DNA of 64,000 nt from Candidatus Choladousia sp. (GCA_045119335.1 JBGVDJ010000022.1:30547-94546), one strand, 5' to 3'; shown: positions 7,196 to 17,646, numbered from the stretch's first letter. A program made the numbers and translations. Notes: generated by a model from the sequence alone, not told the origin.

Positions 7196-10033
7196 ATGGA
7201 AGAAGGAAAGAGTATCCGGATATCGATTCGGAATCTCGTTGAATTTATACTTCGCTCCGGGGATATCGACAGTCGCCATGCAGGCCCCATGGACCGGGAT
7301 GCCATGCAGGAGGGCAGCCGTATCCACCGGAAGATACAGGGCAGGATGGGAAGCAACTATCAGGCCGAGGTACCTCTGGCAGTCGAGATAGCAGGTGAAG
7401 GATATACGCTCAAAGTAGAAGGACGTGCGGATGGCATTTTCCGGGAGAAGGAAGAGAATGACAGCAGAATGCGGGGAATTATCTGGCTGGACGCAGATGA
7501 GGCAGACGGAAGGAGTGCAGTTTCTCCGCTGGAGCGGATGATGCAGGAATACGGGAATCCGGAAAATGATAATCAGATAACACTGCAGTTGAGTGACGGC
7601 GAGGGTGGGCAGAAAGTACCGGAGTCAGGTGCCAAGGCAGGCAATCAGGCAGCATCGGAGTCAGGGACCGTCGTGGACAATCAGATCATGTTGCAGCCGG
7701 GGAATTGCGAAGATAATCAGATCATGCTGCAGCCAGGTATTGACGGAGGCGATCAGATAGAACTGGATCAGGACAATGCGGCAGCTGAACGGAAATTTCC
7801 GGGTTCAGATAGTGCAATGGATATTTTAGCCACGCAGCCGACAGATCGTGGAACAGAGTCCCGGAAGACAGAGGCGGATGGAGCGTTGGCGGAGACAGAT
7901 CATGTTTCGCTGGACAAAGTATATATTGATGAGATAAAAGGCATGTACCGGGATGTCACGACACTGGAAGAACCATATTCGCTTCATATTGCGCAGGCAA
8001 AGTGTTACGCTTATATTTACGGAAGTCAGAAGAATCTTTCACATATCGGTGTGCAGATGACATACTGCAGTCTGGAGACAGAAGAGGTGCGGCGATTCCG
8101 GAAACGCTATACGATGGAAGAGCTGAAAGTCTGGTTTGACGATCTGATCCGGAAGTACCAGAAATGGGCGGAGTATCAGTTTGCATGGAAGGAGACACGT
8201 CAGGCATCGATTCAGGGACTGCCGTTCCCGTTTGCATGGCGCTCCGGGCAGAAGGATGTGGCGGGAGGTGTTTATCGGACCATATTAAGACGTAAGAAGC
8301 TGTTTATTCAGGCACCTACCGGAACAGGCAAGACCCTCTCTACAGTCTATCCGGCTGTAAAGGCAGTGGGGGAGAATCTGGCTGACCGCATTTTTTATTC
8401 TACCGCGAAAACAATTACGCGCACGGTTGCAGAGGAGGCATTTGAAATTCTGCGCAGGACCGGACTGCAGATGAAGACAGTGACTCTGACTGCAAAAGAA
8501 AAAATCTGTTTTCTGGAGGAAACGGAGTGTAATCCTGATGCCTGTCCATATGCGAAGGGGCATTATGACCGCATCAATGATGCGGTGTTTGATCTGATCA
8601 CCTGCGGAGAGCAGCAGTTCAACCGGCAGACCATAGAAGCGCAGGCCCGGAAATGGCAGGTCTGTCCTTTTGAGTTCGGACTTGATGTTTCATTATGGGC
8701 GGATGCAGTGATCTGCGATTACAATTACATTTTTGATCCGCGGGCGAAATTGAAACGATTCTTTGGAGAGGGTGTGAAAGGGGATTATCTGTTTTTGATT
8801 GATGAGGCGCATAATCTGGTGGAACGCGGCAGAGAAATGTTTTCCGCTTCATTATATAAAGAAGATTTCCTGGAGCTGAAAAAGGAAATTCGCCCGTACA
8901 GCCAGAAAATGGCACGTGCACTGAGTCGCTGCAATAACTGGATGCTGGAGCGAAAACGGGAGTGCGATGGTGTGAAAGTCTGGCCGGATGCTGGAATGCT
9001 TCCGGTGTATCTGACCAATCTCTGCGGCATTATGGAGGACTTTCTGGAAGAGTCCAGAAACATGCAGATAAATGAGAAGGTGATGGAGCTGTATTTCCAG
9101 GCGAGACGTTTTCTGGATACCAGTGACCAGCTCAATGAGAACTATGTGGTGTATACAGAACTCTGCGAGGATGCCAGGTTCATGATAAAACTTTTTTGTG
9201 TGGATATTTCAGAGAATCTGCAGGCATGTCTTGATAAGGGGAGGAGTACAATTTATTTTTCAGCAACATTTCTGCCAATTCATTATTATAAAAGTCTGCT
9301 GAGTACGCTTGAGGATGACTACGCTATCTATGCGGAACCGACTTTTGATCCCATGCGCCGGCAAGTGCTGATCGGGACGGATACGAGCAGTCGTTACACG
9401 AACCGAAGCGAGCGTGAGTACCGGAAGATGGCGGAATATGTTCTGGAAATGATAAGGGCCAGGCGAGGCAACTATATGATATTCTTTTCCTCCTATCGAA
9501 TGATGGAGGAGGTAGCGCATCAGTTTGAACAGCTGTGTGAAGTGCAGGGGGAGAGTGTGACGCTGCTCTGTCAGGAAACCGGCATGTCCGAACAGGAGAG
9601 AGAAGCTTTTCTGCAGCAGTTCGAGGAGGTTCACAGAAATGGACTTGCAGGGTTCTGCGTAATGGGAGGGATTTTCGGAGAAGGAATAGATCTTCGTAAT
9701 GATCGTCTGATCGGTGCAGTCATTGTGGGTACCGGACTGCCGCAGGTCTGCAATGAACGGGAAATTCTGAAAGATTTTTATGATAAACGGGGCGAGGACG
9801 GATTCTTCTATGCGTATCTCTGCCCGGGCATGAATAAAGTGCTGCAGTCGGCCGGAAGGGTAATCCGTACGGAGGAGGATAAAGGAATCATTCTCCTTTT
9901 GGATGAGCGGTTTGCGTCCCTGCGTTACCGGAAAATGTTTCCGGCGGAATGGAAGCGGCTTGATTACTGCAGTTTGAAGAGTGTTCAGGCTAAGGCGGAT
10001 CTGTTCTGGAACAGTACAGAACAGAAAGCCTGA
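7196..10033 (+). CDS. DinG/XPD-family Fe-S helicase with N-terminal PD-(D/E)XK (Cas4-like) nuclease domain
   Basis: EGRADG...IDEIK nuclease motif, QAPTGTGKT, Cys of Fe-S (KIC..ECNPDACPY, VCPFE), IDEAHN, GEGID, QSAGRVIR. Confidence 0.9.
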   Translation: MEEGKSIRISIRNLVEFILRSGDIDSRHAGPMDRDAMQEGSRIHRKIQGRMGSNYQAEVPLAVEIAGEGYTLKVEGRADGIFREKEENDSRMRGIIWLDADEADGRSAVSPLERMMQEYGNPENDNQITLQLSDGEGGQKVPESGAKAGNQAASESGTVVDNQIMLQPGNCEDNQIMLQPGIDGGDQIELDQDNAAAERKFPGSDSAMDILATQPTDRGTESRKTEADGALAETDHVSLDKVYIDEIKGMYRDVTTLEEPYSLHIAQAKCYAYIYGSQKNLSHIGVQMTYCSLETEEVRRFRKRYTMEELKVWFDDLIRKYQKWAEYQFAWKETRQASIQGLPFPFAWRSGQKDVAGGVYRTILRRKKLFIQAPTGTGKTLSTVYPAVKAVGENLADRIFYSTAKTITRTVAEEAFEILRRTGLQMKTVTLTAKEKICFLEETECNPDACPYAKGHYDRINDAVFDLITCGEQQFNRQTIEAQARKWQVCPFEFGLDVSLWADAVICDYNYIFDPRAKLKRFFGEGVKGDYLFLIDEAHNLVERGREMFSASLYKEDFLELKKEIRPYSQKMARALSRCNNWMLERKRECDGVKVWPDAGMLPVYLTNLCGIMEDFLEESRNMQINEKVMELYFQARRFLDTSDQLNENYVVYTELCEDARFMIKLFCVDISENLQACLDKGRSTIYFSATFLPIHYYKSLLSTLEDDYAIYAEPTFDPMRRQVLIGTDTSSRYTNRSEREYRKMAEYVLEMIRARRGNYMIFFSSYRMMEEVAHQFEQLCEVQGESVTLLCQETGMSEQEREAFLQQFEEVHRNGLAGFCVMGGIFGEGIDLRNDRLIGAVIVGTGLPQVCNEREILKDFYDKRGEDGFFYAYLCPGMNKVLQSAGRVIRTEEDKGIILLLDERFASLRYRKMFPAEWKRLDYCSLKSVQAKADLFWNSTEQKA

Positions 10034-10121
10034 AGGAAGGGGAAAACACGTTCCGGTTCCTTTTGCCGCAAGAAAAACAGTTTTTTTATTTCAGGGTGAC
10101 TCAAATTATCCTGCATTTATC

Positions 10122-10150
10122 TTGTCAGATATATTTTTGTGTGTTAAAAT
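10122..10150 (+). promoter_or_regulatory. Sigma-A promoter of purL
   Basis: TTGTCA-17 nt-TAAAAT with extended TG. Confidence 0.65.
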
Positions 10151-10285
10151 CCGCGTAGAGCTATGTCGCCGGTTGGCATTTTTTGTCCGCTGGTGTTTCA
10201 CTAGACCGGTCGATCGCCGGAGAGCAATTGTTCTCATCAAAAGCGGGCAGACCATAATATAACAGGCAGAAGCCGGGAGGTCCAA

Positions 10286-13200
10286 ATGAGCAAAGTTAGA
10301 AGAGTGTATGTCGAGAAAAAAGTAGATTTCGCAGTTGCAGCTAAAGGGCTTGCACATGAGATCAGAAGCTATCTTGGCGTGGAAGGTCTTACCAACGTCA
10401 GAGTGCTGATTCGGTACGATGTGGAAAATATTTCTGATGCGGTATTTGCAGACGCATGCAGAACCGTTTTTTCCGAACCGCCGGTTGACGATTTATATGA
10501 AGAAACATTCCCGATGACAGAAGACGAGAAGGCATTTTCTGTTGAATACCTTCCGGGACAGTTTGACCAGAGAGCTGACTCTGCCGTACAGTGTGTCAGA
10601 TTTCTGAAAGAGGATGAGGAACCGATCATTCGCTCCGCTACGACATATGTAGTAGCAGGTACTATTTCCGAGGAAGAATTTGAGGCAATCAAGGCTCACT
10701 GCATCAACCCGGTGGATTCCAGAGAAGCAGGTTTTGAGAAGCCGGAGACACTGGTGACGGAATTTGAGGAACCGGCAGATGTTATTACATTTGAAGGGTT
10801 TGCGGAGATGACAGAGGAAGCACTGAAGGAACTGTACAGTTCTCTGAACCTTGCTATGACCTTCAAGGATTTCCTGCATATTCAGAATTATTTTAAGAAT
10901 GAGGAGAAGAGAGATCCGTCTATGACGGAGATTCGTGTTCTCGACACATACTGGTCTGATCACTGCCGCCATACAACCTTCTCCACAGAGCTGAAGGATG
11001 TAACATTTGAGGATGGCTATTACAGAACTCCGATTCAGGGAACCTATGAGAGATATCTGGCAGACCATAAGGAAATTTTCAAAGGAAGAGATGACAAGTT
11101 TGTCTGCCTGATGGATCTTGCACTGATGGCAATGCGCAAGCTGAAAAAAGAGGGCAAGCTGCAGGATCAGGAAGAGTCCGATGAGATCAATGCCTGCAGT
11201 ATCGTGGTTCCGGTTGAGATTGACGGAAAGACAGAAGAATGGCTTGTAAACTTCAAGAATGAGACACACAACCATCCGACCGAAATCGAGCCGTTCGGTG
11301 GTGCTGCTACCTGCCTTGGCGGAGCGATCCGTGATCCGCTCTCAGGACGTACTTACGTATATCAGGCGATGCGTGTAACAGGTGCTGCTGATCCGACTGC
11401 TTCCGTGAAAAATACTCTGAAGGGTAAACTTCCGCAGAAGAAACTGGTACGTGAGGCTGCACACGGATACAGTTCCTATGGTAATCAGATCGGTCTGGCA
11501 ACAGGTTATGTAAAAGAAATCTATCATCCGGATTATGTTGCAAAGCGTATGGAGATCGGTGCCGTTATGGGTGCTGCTCCGAGAAGTGCAGTTATCCGCG
11601 AGAATTCCGATCCGGGCGATATTATTATTCTGCTCGGAGGAAGAACCGGCCGTGACGGTATCGGCGGTGCAACAGGTTCTTCCAAGGTACACACAGAGGC
11701 TTCCATCGAGGTCTGCGGTGCGGAGGTTCAGAAGGGTAATGCTCCGACTGAGCGTAAGATTCAGAGACTGTTCCGTCGTCCGGAAGTAAGTAAGCTGATC
11801 AAGAAATGTAACGATTTTGGTGCAGGCGGTGTATCCGTAGCAATCGGTGAGCTGGCACCGGGACTCCAGATCAATCTTGATAAGGTACCGAAGAAGTACG
11901 CAGGTCTGGATGGAACAGAGATTGCAATTTCCGAGTCTCAGGAGCGTATGGCAGTTGTTGTTGACCCGAAAGATGTTGCTGAATTTATGGGTTATGCTTC
12001 CGAGGAGAATCTGGAAACAATCGAGGTGGCTGTCGTTACCGAGGAGCCGCGTCTTGTACTGAACTGGAGAGGTAAGGAGATCGTAAATATCTCCAGAGCG
12101 TTCCTTGATACGAACGGTGCACATCAGGAGACAACTGTTGCAGTAGAAATGCCGTCAGAGACAGAAAAATATTTCGTTCGCAATGAAGTGGCAGATGTTC
12201 GTGAAAAATGGCTGGAGACACTGGCAGATCTCAACTGCTGTTCCCAGAAGGGACTTGTGGAAATGTTTGACGGTTCCATCGGTGCAGGCTCCGTATTCAT
12301 GCCGTATGGCGGAAAATATCAGCTGACAGAGACTCAGGCAATGGTAGCGAAGCTGCCGGTATTGGAAGGTAAGACGGATACTGTTACAATGATGAGTTAT
12401 GGATTTGATCCGTATCTCTCCAGCTGGAGCCCGTATCACGGTGCTGTTTACGCAGTGTTGGAGTCTGTGGCAAGAATTGTTGCCAATGGCGGTGATTACA
12501 GCAAGATCCGTTTCACATTCCAGGAGTATTTCCGCAGAATGACAGAGGATCCGAAAAGATGGAGCCAGCCGTTTGTTGCACTGCTCGGGGCATACGATGC
12601 TCAGCTGGGATTCGGACTTCCGTCTATCGGAGGAAAGGACAGTATGTCCGGTTCCTTCAATGAGATTGATGTTCCGCCGACACTTGTTTCTTTTGCTGTT
12701 GACGTGGCCAGCGATAAGACTATCATCACTCCGGAACTGAAGAAGGCAGGCAGCAAGCTTGTTCTGCTGCGTGTGGAGAAGGATCAGTATGATCTTCCGA
12801 TATACAGCCAGGCAATGGATCAGTATGCGAAATTCCATGAAGATATTAAGGCGGGCAATATCATTTCCGCATATGCACTGGATGGAAAGGGACTTGCAGC
12901 TGCACTTTCCAAGATGGCATTTGGTAATGGAATGGGTCTGAAGATCGAGCACAATGTGGATGAACGTGATCTGTTCACTGCCGGATTTGGTAATATCGTA
13001 GCAGAAGTACCGGACGGAGCAGTTGGCAAGCTTTCAATTACTTACACAGTTATTGGTGAGGTGACGAACAGCGGGGCATTCGAATACAAGGATGTACGCA
13101 TTGCGCTTGATGAGGCTGCTGCAGCATGGACAGGTACTCTGGAACGTGTATTCAAGACAACATCCGGTCTTCCGACTGTAGGCGGCGGTCTTGATTTTGA

Positions 13201-14125
13201 CGGCAATCCGGTGGATGGACCGACTGCATATTTCTTTGCAGATAAGGACGACAAGGACAGAATTCCGACGGAGGGCGGTCTTTATAAAACAAACAAGATT
13301 TATGTATGCAAGAATAAAGTTGCAAAACCGCGTGTATTCATTCCGGTATTCCCGGGTACGAACTGTGAGTATGACAGCAAGAAAGCATTTGAGTGTGCCG
13401 GTGCAGAAGTAGATGTTAAGGTATTCCGCAACCTGAGCGCACAGGATATTCGTGAATCAGTGGAGATATTTGAGAAATCCATCGGTCAGGCACAGATCAT
13501 TATGTTCCCGGGAGGATTCTCAGCAGGTGATGAGCCGGATGGTTCCGCTAAATTCTTCGCAACTGCATTTCAGAATGCAAAAATGAAGGAAGCGGTAATG
13601 AAACTCCTGAACGACCGTGATGGTCTGGCACTCGGTATCTGTAACGGATTCCAGGCGCTGATCAAGCTGGGACTTGTGCCTCATGGTGAAATCGTTGGTC
13701 AGACACCGGATTCGCCGACACTGACTTTCAATACGATCGGACGCCATATTTCCAAGATGGTTTATACAAAGGTAGTCAGCAACAAGTCTCCGTGGCTTGC
13801 AGGCGCTGAGCTTGGCGGAGTATACACGAACCCGGCTTCCCATGGTGAGGGACGTTTCGTTGCAAATAAGGACTGGCTGCAGAAGCTGTTTGCAAATGGC
13901 CAGGTGGCAACACAGTACTGCGATCCGGACGGCAACATCTGCGTAGGAGAGGAAGAGTGGAATGTCAACGGCTCCTACCTTGCAATCGAAGGCATCACCA
14001 GCCCGGACGGACGTGTGTTTGGTAAGATGGCACATTCCGAACGCCGCGGTGACTCTGTAGCTGTCAACATTTACGGCGAACAGGATCTGAAGATCTTTGA
14101 ATCAGGTGTTGCATACTTTTTGTAA
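10286..14125 (+). CDS. purL: Phosphoribosylformylglycinamidine synthase (single-chain PurL with glutaminase domain)
   Basis: YWSDHCRH, KNETHNHPTEIEPFGGAATC, DFGAGG, PGGFSAGD, LGICNGFQ, SHGEG, KMAHSER. Confidence 0.97.
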   Translation: MSKVRRVYVEKKVDFAVAAKGLAHEIRSYLGVEGLTNVRVLIRYDVENISDAVFADACRTVFSEPPVDDLYEETFPMTEDEKAFSVEYLPGQFDQRADSAVQCVRFLKEDEEPIIRSATTYVVAGTISEEEFEAIKAHCINPVDSREAGFEKPETLVTEFEEPADVITFEGFAEMTEEALKELYSSLNLAMTFKDFLHIQNYFKNEEKRDPSMTEIRVLDTYWSDHCRHTTFSTELKDVTFEDGYYRTPIQGTYERYLADHKEIFKGRDDKFVCLMDLALMAMRKLKKEGKLQDQEESDEINACSIVVPVEIDGKTEEWLVNFKNETHNHPTEIEPFGGAATCLGGAIRDPLSGRTYVYQAMRVTGAADPTASVKNTLKGKLPQKKLVREAAHGYSSYGNQIGLATGYVKEIYHPDYVAKRMEIGAVMGAAPRSAVIRENSDPGDIIILLGGRTGRDGIGGATGSSKVHTEASIEVCGAEVQKGNAPTERKIQRLFRRPEVSKLIKKCNDFGAGGVSVAIGELAPGLQINLDKVPKKYAGLDGTEIAISESQERMAVVVDPKDVAEFMGYASEENLETIEVAVVTEEPRLVLNWRGKEIVNISRAFLDTNGAHQETTVAVEMPSETEKYFVRNEVADVREKWLETLADLNCCSQKGLVEMFDGSIGAGSVFMPYGGKYQLTETQAMVAKLPVLEGKTDTVTMMSYGFDPYLSSWSPYHGAVYAVLESVARIVANGGDYSKIRFTFQEYFRRMTEDPKRWSQPFVALLGAYDAQLGFGLPSIGGKDSMSGSFNEIDVPPTLVSFAVDVASDKTIITPELKKAGSKLVLLRVEKDQYDLPIYSQAMDQYAKFHEDIKAGNIISAYALDGKGLAAALSKMAFGNGMGLKIEHNVDERDLFTAGFGNIVAEVPDGAVGKLSITYTVIGEVTNSGAFEYKDVRIALDEAAAAWTGTLERVFKTTSGLPTVGGGLDFDGNPVDGPTAYFFADKDDKDRIPTEGGLYKTNKIYVCKNKVAKPRVFIPVFPGTNCEYDSKKAFECAGAEVDVKVFRNLSAQDIRESVEIFEKSIGQAQIIMFPGGFSAGDEPDGSAKFFATAFQNAKMKEAVMKLLNDRDGLALGICNGFQALIKLGLVPHGEIVGQTPDSPTLTFNTIGRHISKMVYTKVVSNKSPWLAGAELGGVYTNPASHGEGRFVANKDWLQKLFANGQVATQYCDPDGNICVGEEEWNVNGSYLAIEGITSPDGRVFGKMAHSERRGDSVAVNIYGEQDLKIFESGVAYFL

Positions 14126-14240
14126 AAGCCGGTCTCGGTGAATGGGCATAGGTGCATTTGTGCGAACCTGTGTACGGACACTGGCACAATTCAGGGTCGT
14201 TGCTGATCATGGTGGTTGCAGGCGAACATGGGAGTTATAA

Positions 14241-17200
14241 ATGAAAAAGCAGAAAATGACGGCAGATAATGTCGAGCAGTTAATGGAAATAGTGCGGGCG
14301 CTGCAGACGGGTGAAGACCCGGAGGCCGCCCTGCAGAAAAAGAAAGCGGAGAGTGCGCCACAGGCGGACTCTCCGAAATCAAATCTGGAGGAAGATGCTC
14401 TGAAGCGTGGCAGTACTTTCGGCACAGGGAAATTGAGGAAATTAATGTGCAAAAGAGCGGAAAATGCAGATTTGAATGAAAAAGAGGAGGCAGAAGACAC
14501 CGAGAGTGCAGATGACGCACTGGCACAGTCAAAGCCGGCTTATAGCGCCGAAAAGCGTGCAGGCTCTGTGGATACTGCAGCGAAACGAAGGGACTGCGTG
14601 GGGAGCGATTCAGAACAGGCAGATCTGATGAGCAGGAAAGTAAAACAGAGAGATTCTGCACAGGATTCAGCAGAACGGACGAACCTGATGAGTGAAGCAG
14701 GAAAACAGAGAGATTTTGTGGACGATGCAGCAGAGCAGGCGAATTCGATCAGTAAGACAGGGAAGCAGGGGGATGCAGCAGAACGGATGAACTTGCTGAG
14801 TGCGGCTGTGAAACGGATGAATTCTGCGAAGCATTCAGGATCGGCACGATCCCGGGTGGAAGAACCGGATGATTTTCAGGATGACGAGTTCGAAAAGAAT
14901 CTGCTTGAGGATAGCAGAAAGAAACTGGAAAAGCCGGATATTAATGCCATGCTTGATCGCGTGTCGGAGAGTCTGTGGAAATTTGTGCAGAAAATTGACC
15001 GGGTGATTGATCCTGCGACAGCCGGGAAAAGGGAAAAGAAAAAGCAGGAAAGATCTGTGAATTGGGCAGATTCTGTGTCCGGGGGCGCGTTTGAGCCGGA
15101 TGAGAATGCAGAAGCTGTAAAGCTGATGCATCATGCTGATGCCGATATGAGTATGAAAGCCGATGCAGATATAAATACAAAAGCTAAAGAAAGCGTAAAT
15201 GTGAGAACGGAAGCAGGGATAAAACACGAAGCCAGTGCAGAACCTGCTGACAGATCAGATGCAGAGATGCAGGCAAAGCCGGATGAAACCGGTGAAAATG
15301 TGATGCAGGAAAAGACGGAAGATCAGAAGACGATCGACCGCATTTTTGAAAGCACTGCAGCAGATACATCGACAGCAGATACATCGACAGCAGAAACAAT
15401 AGATTCCGGGGCAGAGGATTCGGGTCAGAATTCAGGTGATAACAGTGCCGGACAAAATCTGCCGGAAACGACGACTGCAGAAGATTCTGTCAATGAAAAG
15501 ACGGAAAACGGAAATACAGAAAAAGAGAATATAGAAAAAGAGAATACAGGAAAGCCACGGAAAGGCAGAAAGACTGATGAAAAGAGTAAGAGCGGCAGAG
15601 CGTTTCATTTGGATTCGCTTTCACCGTCAGCACTGAAGGAATCCGCAGGCGATTTGAGTGCAAATCTGCGTGAAAAGGGAATTGGACACCGGGAGATTGT
15701 TATGATTCTTCTTGTCGTTGTTCTGGCAGTGGTGATTGTTGTTATGATCGTTAATGGAGTGCGGGGCTCTCTGGAAGAAAAGCAAAAGAGCAAAAACGTT
15801 ACAGCGGATTCGGGATTGATTGTTACGGTAGAGGATGAACCGGAACAATGGTGCAGCTCATATTCAGTACAGTTGAGGTTTCGAACACAGCGGGCACCGG
15901 TTACGAAAGTGACGATCAATGGAACGGTTCTTCAGCCGGATGCGAAAGGCTATGTAACGTTTGAGACATCTGATTATGTGCTGGAAGCTGAGGCTGAGAC
16001 GGAGAATGGTACGCTGAAGGCGCAGATTGAGATTCCGAAACTGGATTCTCAGGCACCTTTTGTCAGTGCATCCAGGGCTCAGAATCAGATTACGCTGACG
16101 GGCGCAGATGCACGTTCAGCAATCAAAGGTATCTGGTATGCCGTAGTGCACGAGGATGATCCGATTCAGCTGCCACGCTATCAGGAGTACAGTGGAGCGA
16201 TTCCATTTGAGGAGAATGCGATGTATTATTTCTATGCGCAGGATCAGGCAGGCAATCGAAGTGATCCTGTTGTGACAAATATGGAGACGGCAGACGCAAT
16301 CGGATTTGCGCAGGAAGAAGTCTGTATGTATCCGGATGAAACAGTATATCTGGAGCTTCAGGAGAGTCCGGAAGGTGCGTTGCTGAATAATCTGCGGTAT
16401 GAGAGTATGAATCCGGATATCATATCGGTGGATAAGAATGGTGCAGTTACCGCACTGAAGGAAGGAACGGCAGCAGTCAGAGTCAGTGCTGACGGGGTAG
16501 AGAGTGCCAACTGCATTATTACGGTCAGCAGCACAAGAACGGTGACGCTCAGTGCAATCGGAGACTGTGTTCTCGGTTCGGACGAATCATTTAATACGAC
16601 GACAAATTTTGATGCATACGACGCAGTGAACGGGCATTCCTATTTCTTTAAAAATGTGAAAGATATTTTAGAGAATGATGATGTCACATTTGCGAATCTT
16701 GAGTGTGCTCTGACAACGGAGACTACACGTGAGAACAAAACGTATGCGTTCAAGGGCGATCCGTCTTATACAGAGGTGCTCGCCGAGGGATCTGTGGAAG
16801 TAGTTACGCTTGCAAATAATCACAGCAGTGATTACGGTGAAAAGAGCTATGATGATACGGTCCGCTATCTGACAGAAGCCGGAATTGACTACTGCAGCGG
16901 TACATCGTATGCAATGCGGAAAATCAATGGTGTCAATACTGCATTTGTCGGAGTATATGTTTTGAGAGACGGGATGGCAGTAGAAGATGAAATGAGAGAG
17001 ACGATCGCAGCAGCAAAAGAGGCAGGTGCTCAGCTGGTAATTGTAGCTTTTCACTGGGGAAGTGAGAAATCCACAGAGCCGGATGAGACACAGCGGTCTC
17101 TGGCACATTCCGCAGTTGACTGCGGTGCTGATCTGGTAGTCGGGCATCATCCGCATGTTCTTCAGGGAATTGAGAAATACAATGGAAAATACATTGTATA

Positions 17201-17498
17201 CAGCCTGGCAAACTTCTGCTTTGGCGGTAATACAGCACCGGCCGATAAAGATACAATGATTTTCCGGCAGACCTTTACCATCAGTGACGGTGTTGTGCAG
17301 GATGACGATCAGATCGAGATCATTCCGTGCAGTGTATCATCTGTCTCGGATTACAATAATTATCAGCCGACACCGGCAAGCGGCGAGGAAGCGGATCGTA
17401 TCATGGCACGGATCAATGAGTACAGCCAGGAATTCGGACAAACTTATGCGGCTTCTTCCGATACGAGTCTGGTAGATACAGAGAGCGAAGCACTCTAA
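14241..17498 (+). CDS. Membrane-anchored CapA (poly-gamma-glutamate CapA/metallophosphatase-fold) protein with ~480-aa low-complexity N-terminus and Ig-like domains
   Basis: TM helix IVMILLVVVLAVVIVVMIV; Big_2-like segment (YESMNPDIISVDKNGAVTALKEGTA); CapA motifs IGDCVLG, ANLE, LANNHSSDYG, FHWG, GHHPHVLQG, YSLANF. Confidence 0.85.
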   Translation: MKKQKMTADNVEQLMEIVRALQTGEDPEAALQKKKAESAPQADSPKSNLEEDALKRGSTFGTGKLRKLMCKRAENADLNEKEEAEDTESADDALAQSKPAYSAEKRAGSVDTAAKRRDCVGSDSEQADLMSRKVKQRDSAQDSAERTNLMSEAGKQRDFVDDAAEQANSISKTGKQGDAAERMNLLSAAVKRMNSAKHSGSARSRVEEPDDFQDDEFEKNLLEDSRKKLEKPDINAMLDRVSESLWKFVQKIDRVIDPATAGKREKKKQERSVNWADSVSGGAFEPDENAEAVKLMHHADADMSMKADADINTKAKESVNVRTEAGIKHEASAEPADRSDAEMQAKPDETGENVMQEKTEDQKTIDRIFESTAADTSTADTSTAETIDSGAEDSGQNSGDNSAGQNLPETTTAEDSVNEKTENGNTEKENIEKENTGKPRKGRKTDEKSKSGRAFHLDSLSPSALKESAGDLSANLREKGIGHREIVMILLVVVLAVVIVVMIVNGVRGSLEEKQKSKNVTADSGLIVTVEDEPEQWCSSYSVQLRFRTQRAPVTKVTINGTVLQPDAKGYVTFETSDYVLEAEAETENGTLKAQIEIPKLDSQAPFVSASRAQNQITLTGADARSAIKGIWYAVVHEDDPIQLPRYQEYSGAIPFEENAMYYFYAQDQAGNRSDPVVTNMETADAIGFAQEEVCMYPDETVYLELQESPEGALLNNLRYESMNPDIISVDKNGAVTALKEGTAAVRVSADGVESANCIITVSSTRTVTLSAIGDCVLGSDESFNTTTNFDAYDAVNGHSYFFKNVKDILENDDVTFANLECALTTETTRENKTYAFKGDPSYTEVLAEGSVEVVTLANNHSSDYGEKSYDDTVRYLTEAGIDYCSGTSYAMRKINGVNTAFVGVYVLRDGMAVEDEMRETIAAAKEAGAQLVIVAFHWGSEKSTEPDETQRSLAHSAVDCGADLVVGHHPHVLQGIEKYNGKYIVYSLANFCFGGNTAPADKDTMIFRQTFTISDGVVQDDDQIEIIPCSVSSVSDYNNYQPTPASGEEADRIMARINEYSQEFGQTYAASSDTSLVDTESEAL

Positions 17499-17553
17499 AA
17501 CCATATTTTCTTATACAATGTGATGTTTTGGATATAGTATTGCCCAAGGTTTG

Positions 17554-17631
17554 AACAGGATGCAGAATGAAGAGCACGAAACAGGATGCAGAATGAAGAG
17601 CGCGAAACAGGATGCAGAATGAAGAGCATAA
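17554..17631 (+). repeat. 26-bp tandem repeat x3
   Basis: AACAGGATGCAGAATGAAGAGCxxxA at 17554, 17580, 17606; no spacers. Confidence 0.9.
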
Positions 17632-17646
17632 AGCAGATGTGAGTCA

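Noticed and set aside
7196-7940. Cas4/CRISPR adaptation gene or intein
   Set aside because: The nuclease domain is fused to a DinG helicase with no cas context; the insert lacks the Cys/Ser start and His-Asn end of inteins.
10151-10285. Purine, ZTP or ykkC/PRPP riboswitch
   Set aside because: Signature segments (TATAAT..GTTTCTACC; GACTG.CGGA..CGYCTGGGC; ykkC 3' motif) not present; only a superficial GTCGATCGCC resemblance.
14241-17498. Poly-gamma-glutamate capsule operon
   Set aside because: Only a CapA domain is present; no capB/capC in the window.
17554-17631. Mini-CRISPR or iteron origin
   Set aside because: No spacers, no Rep gene, and it lies in a 3' UTR before a terminator.
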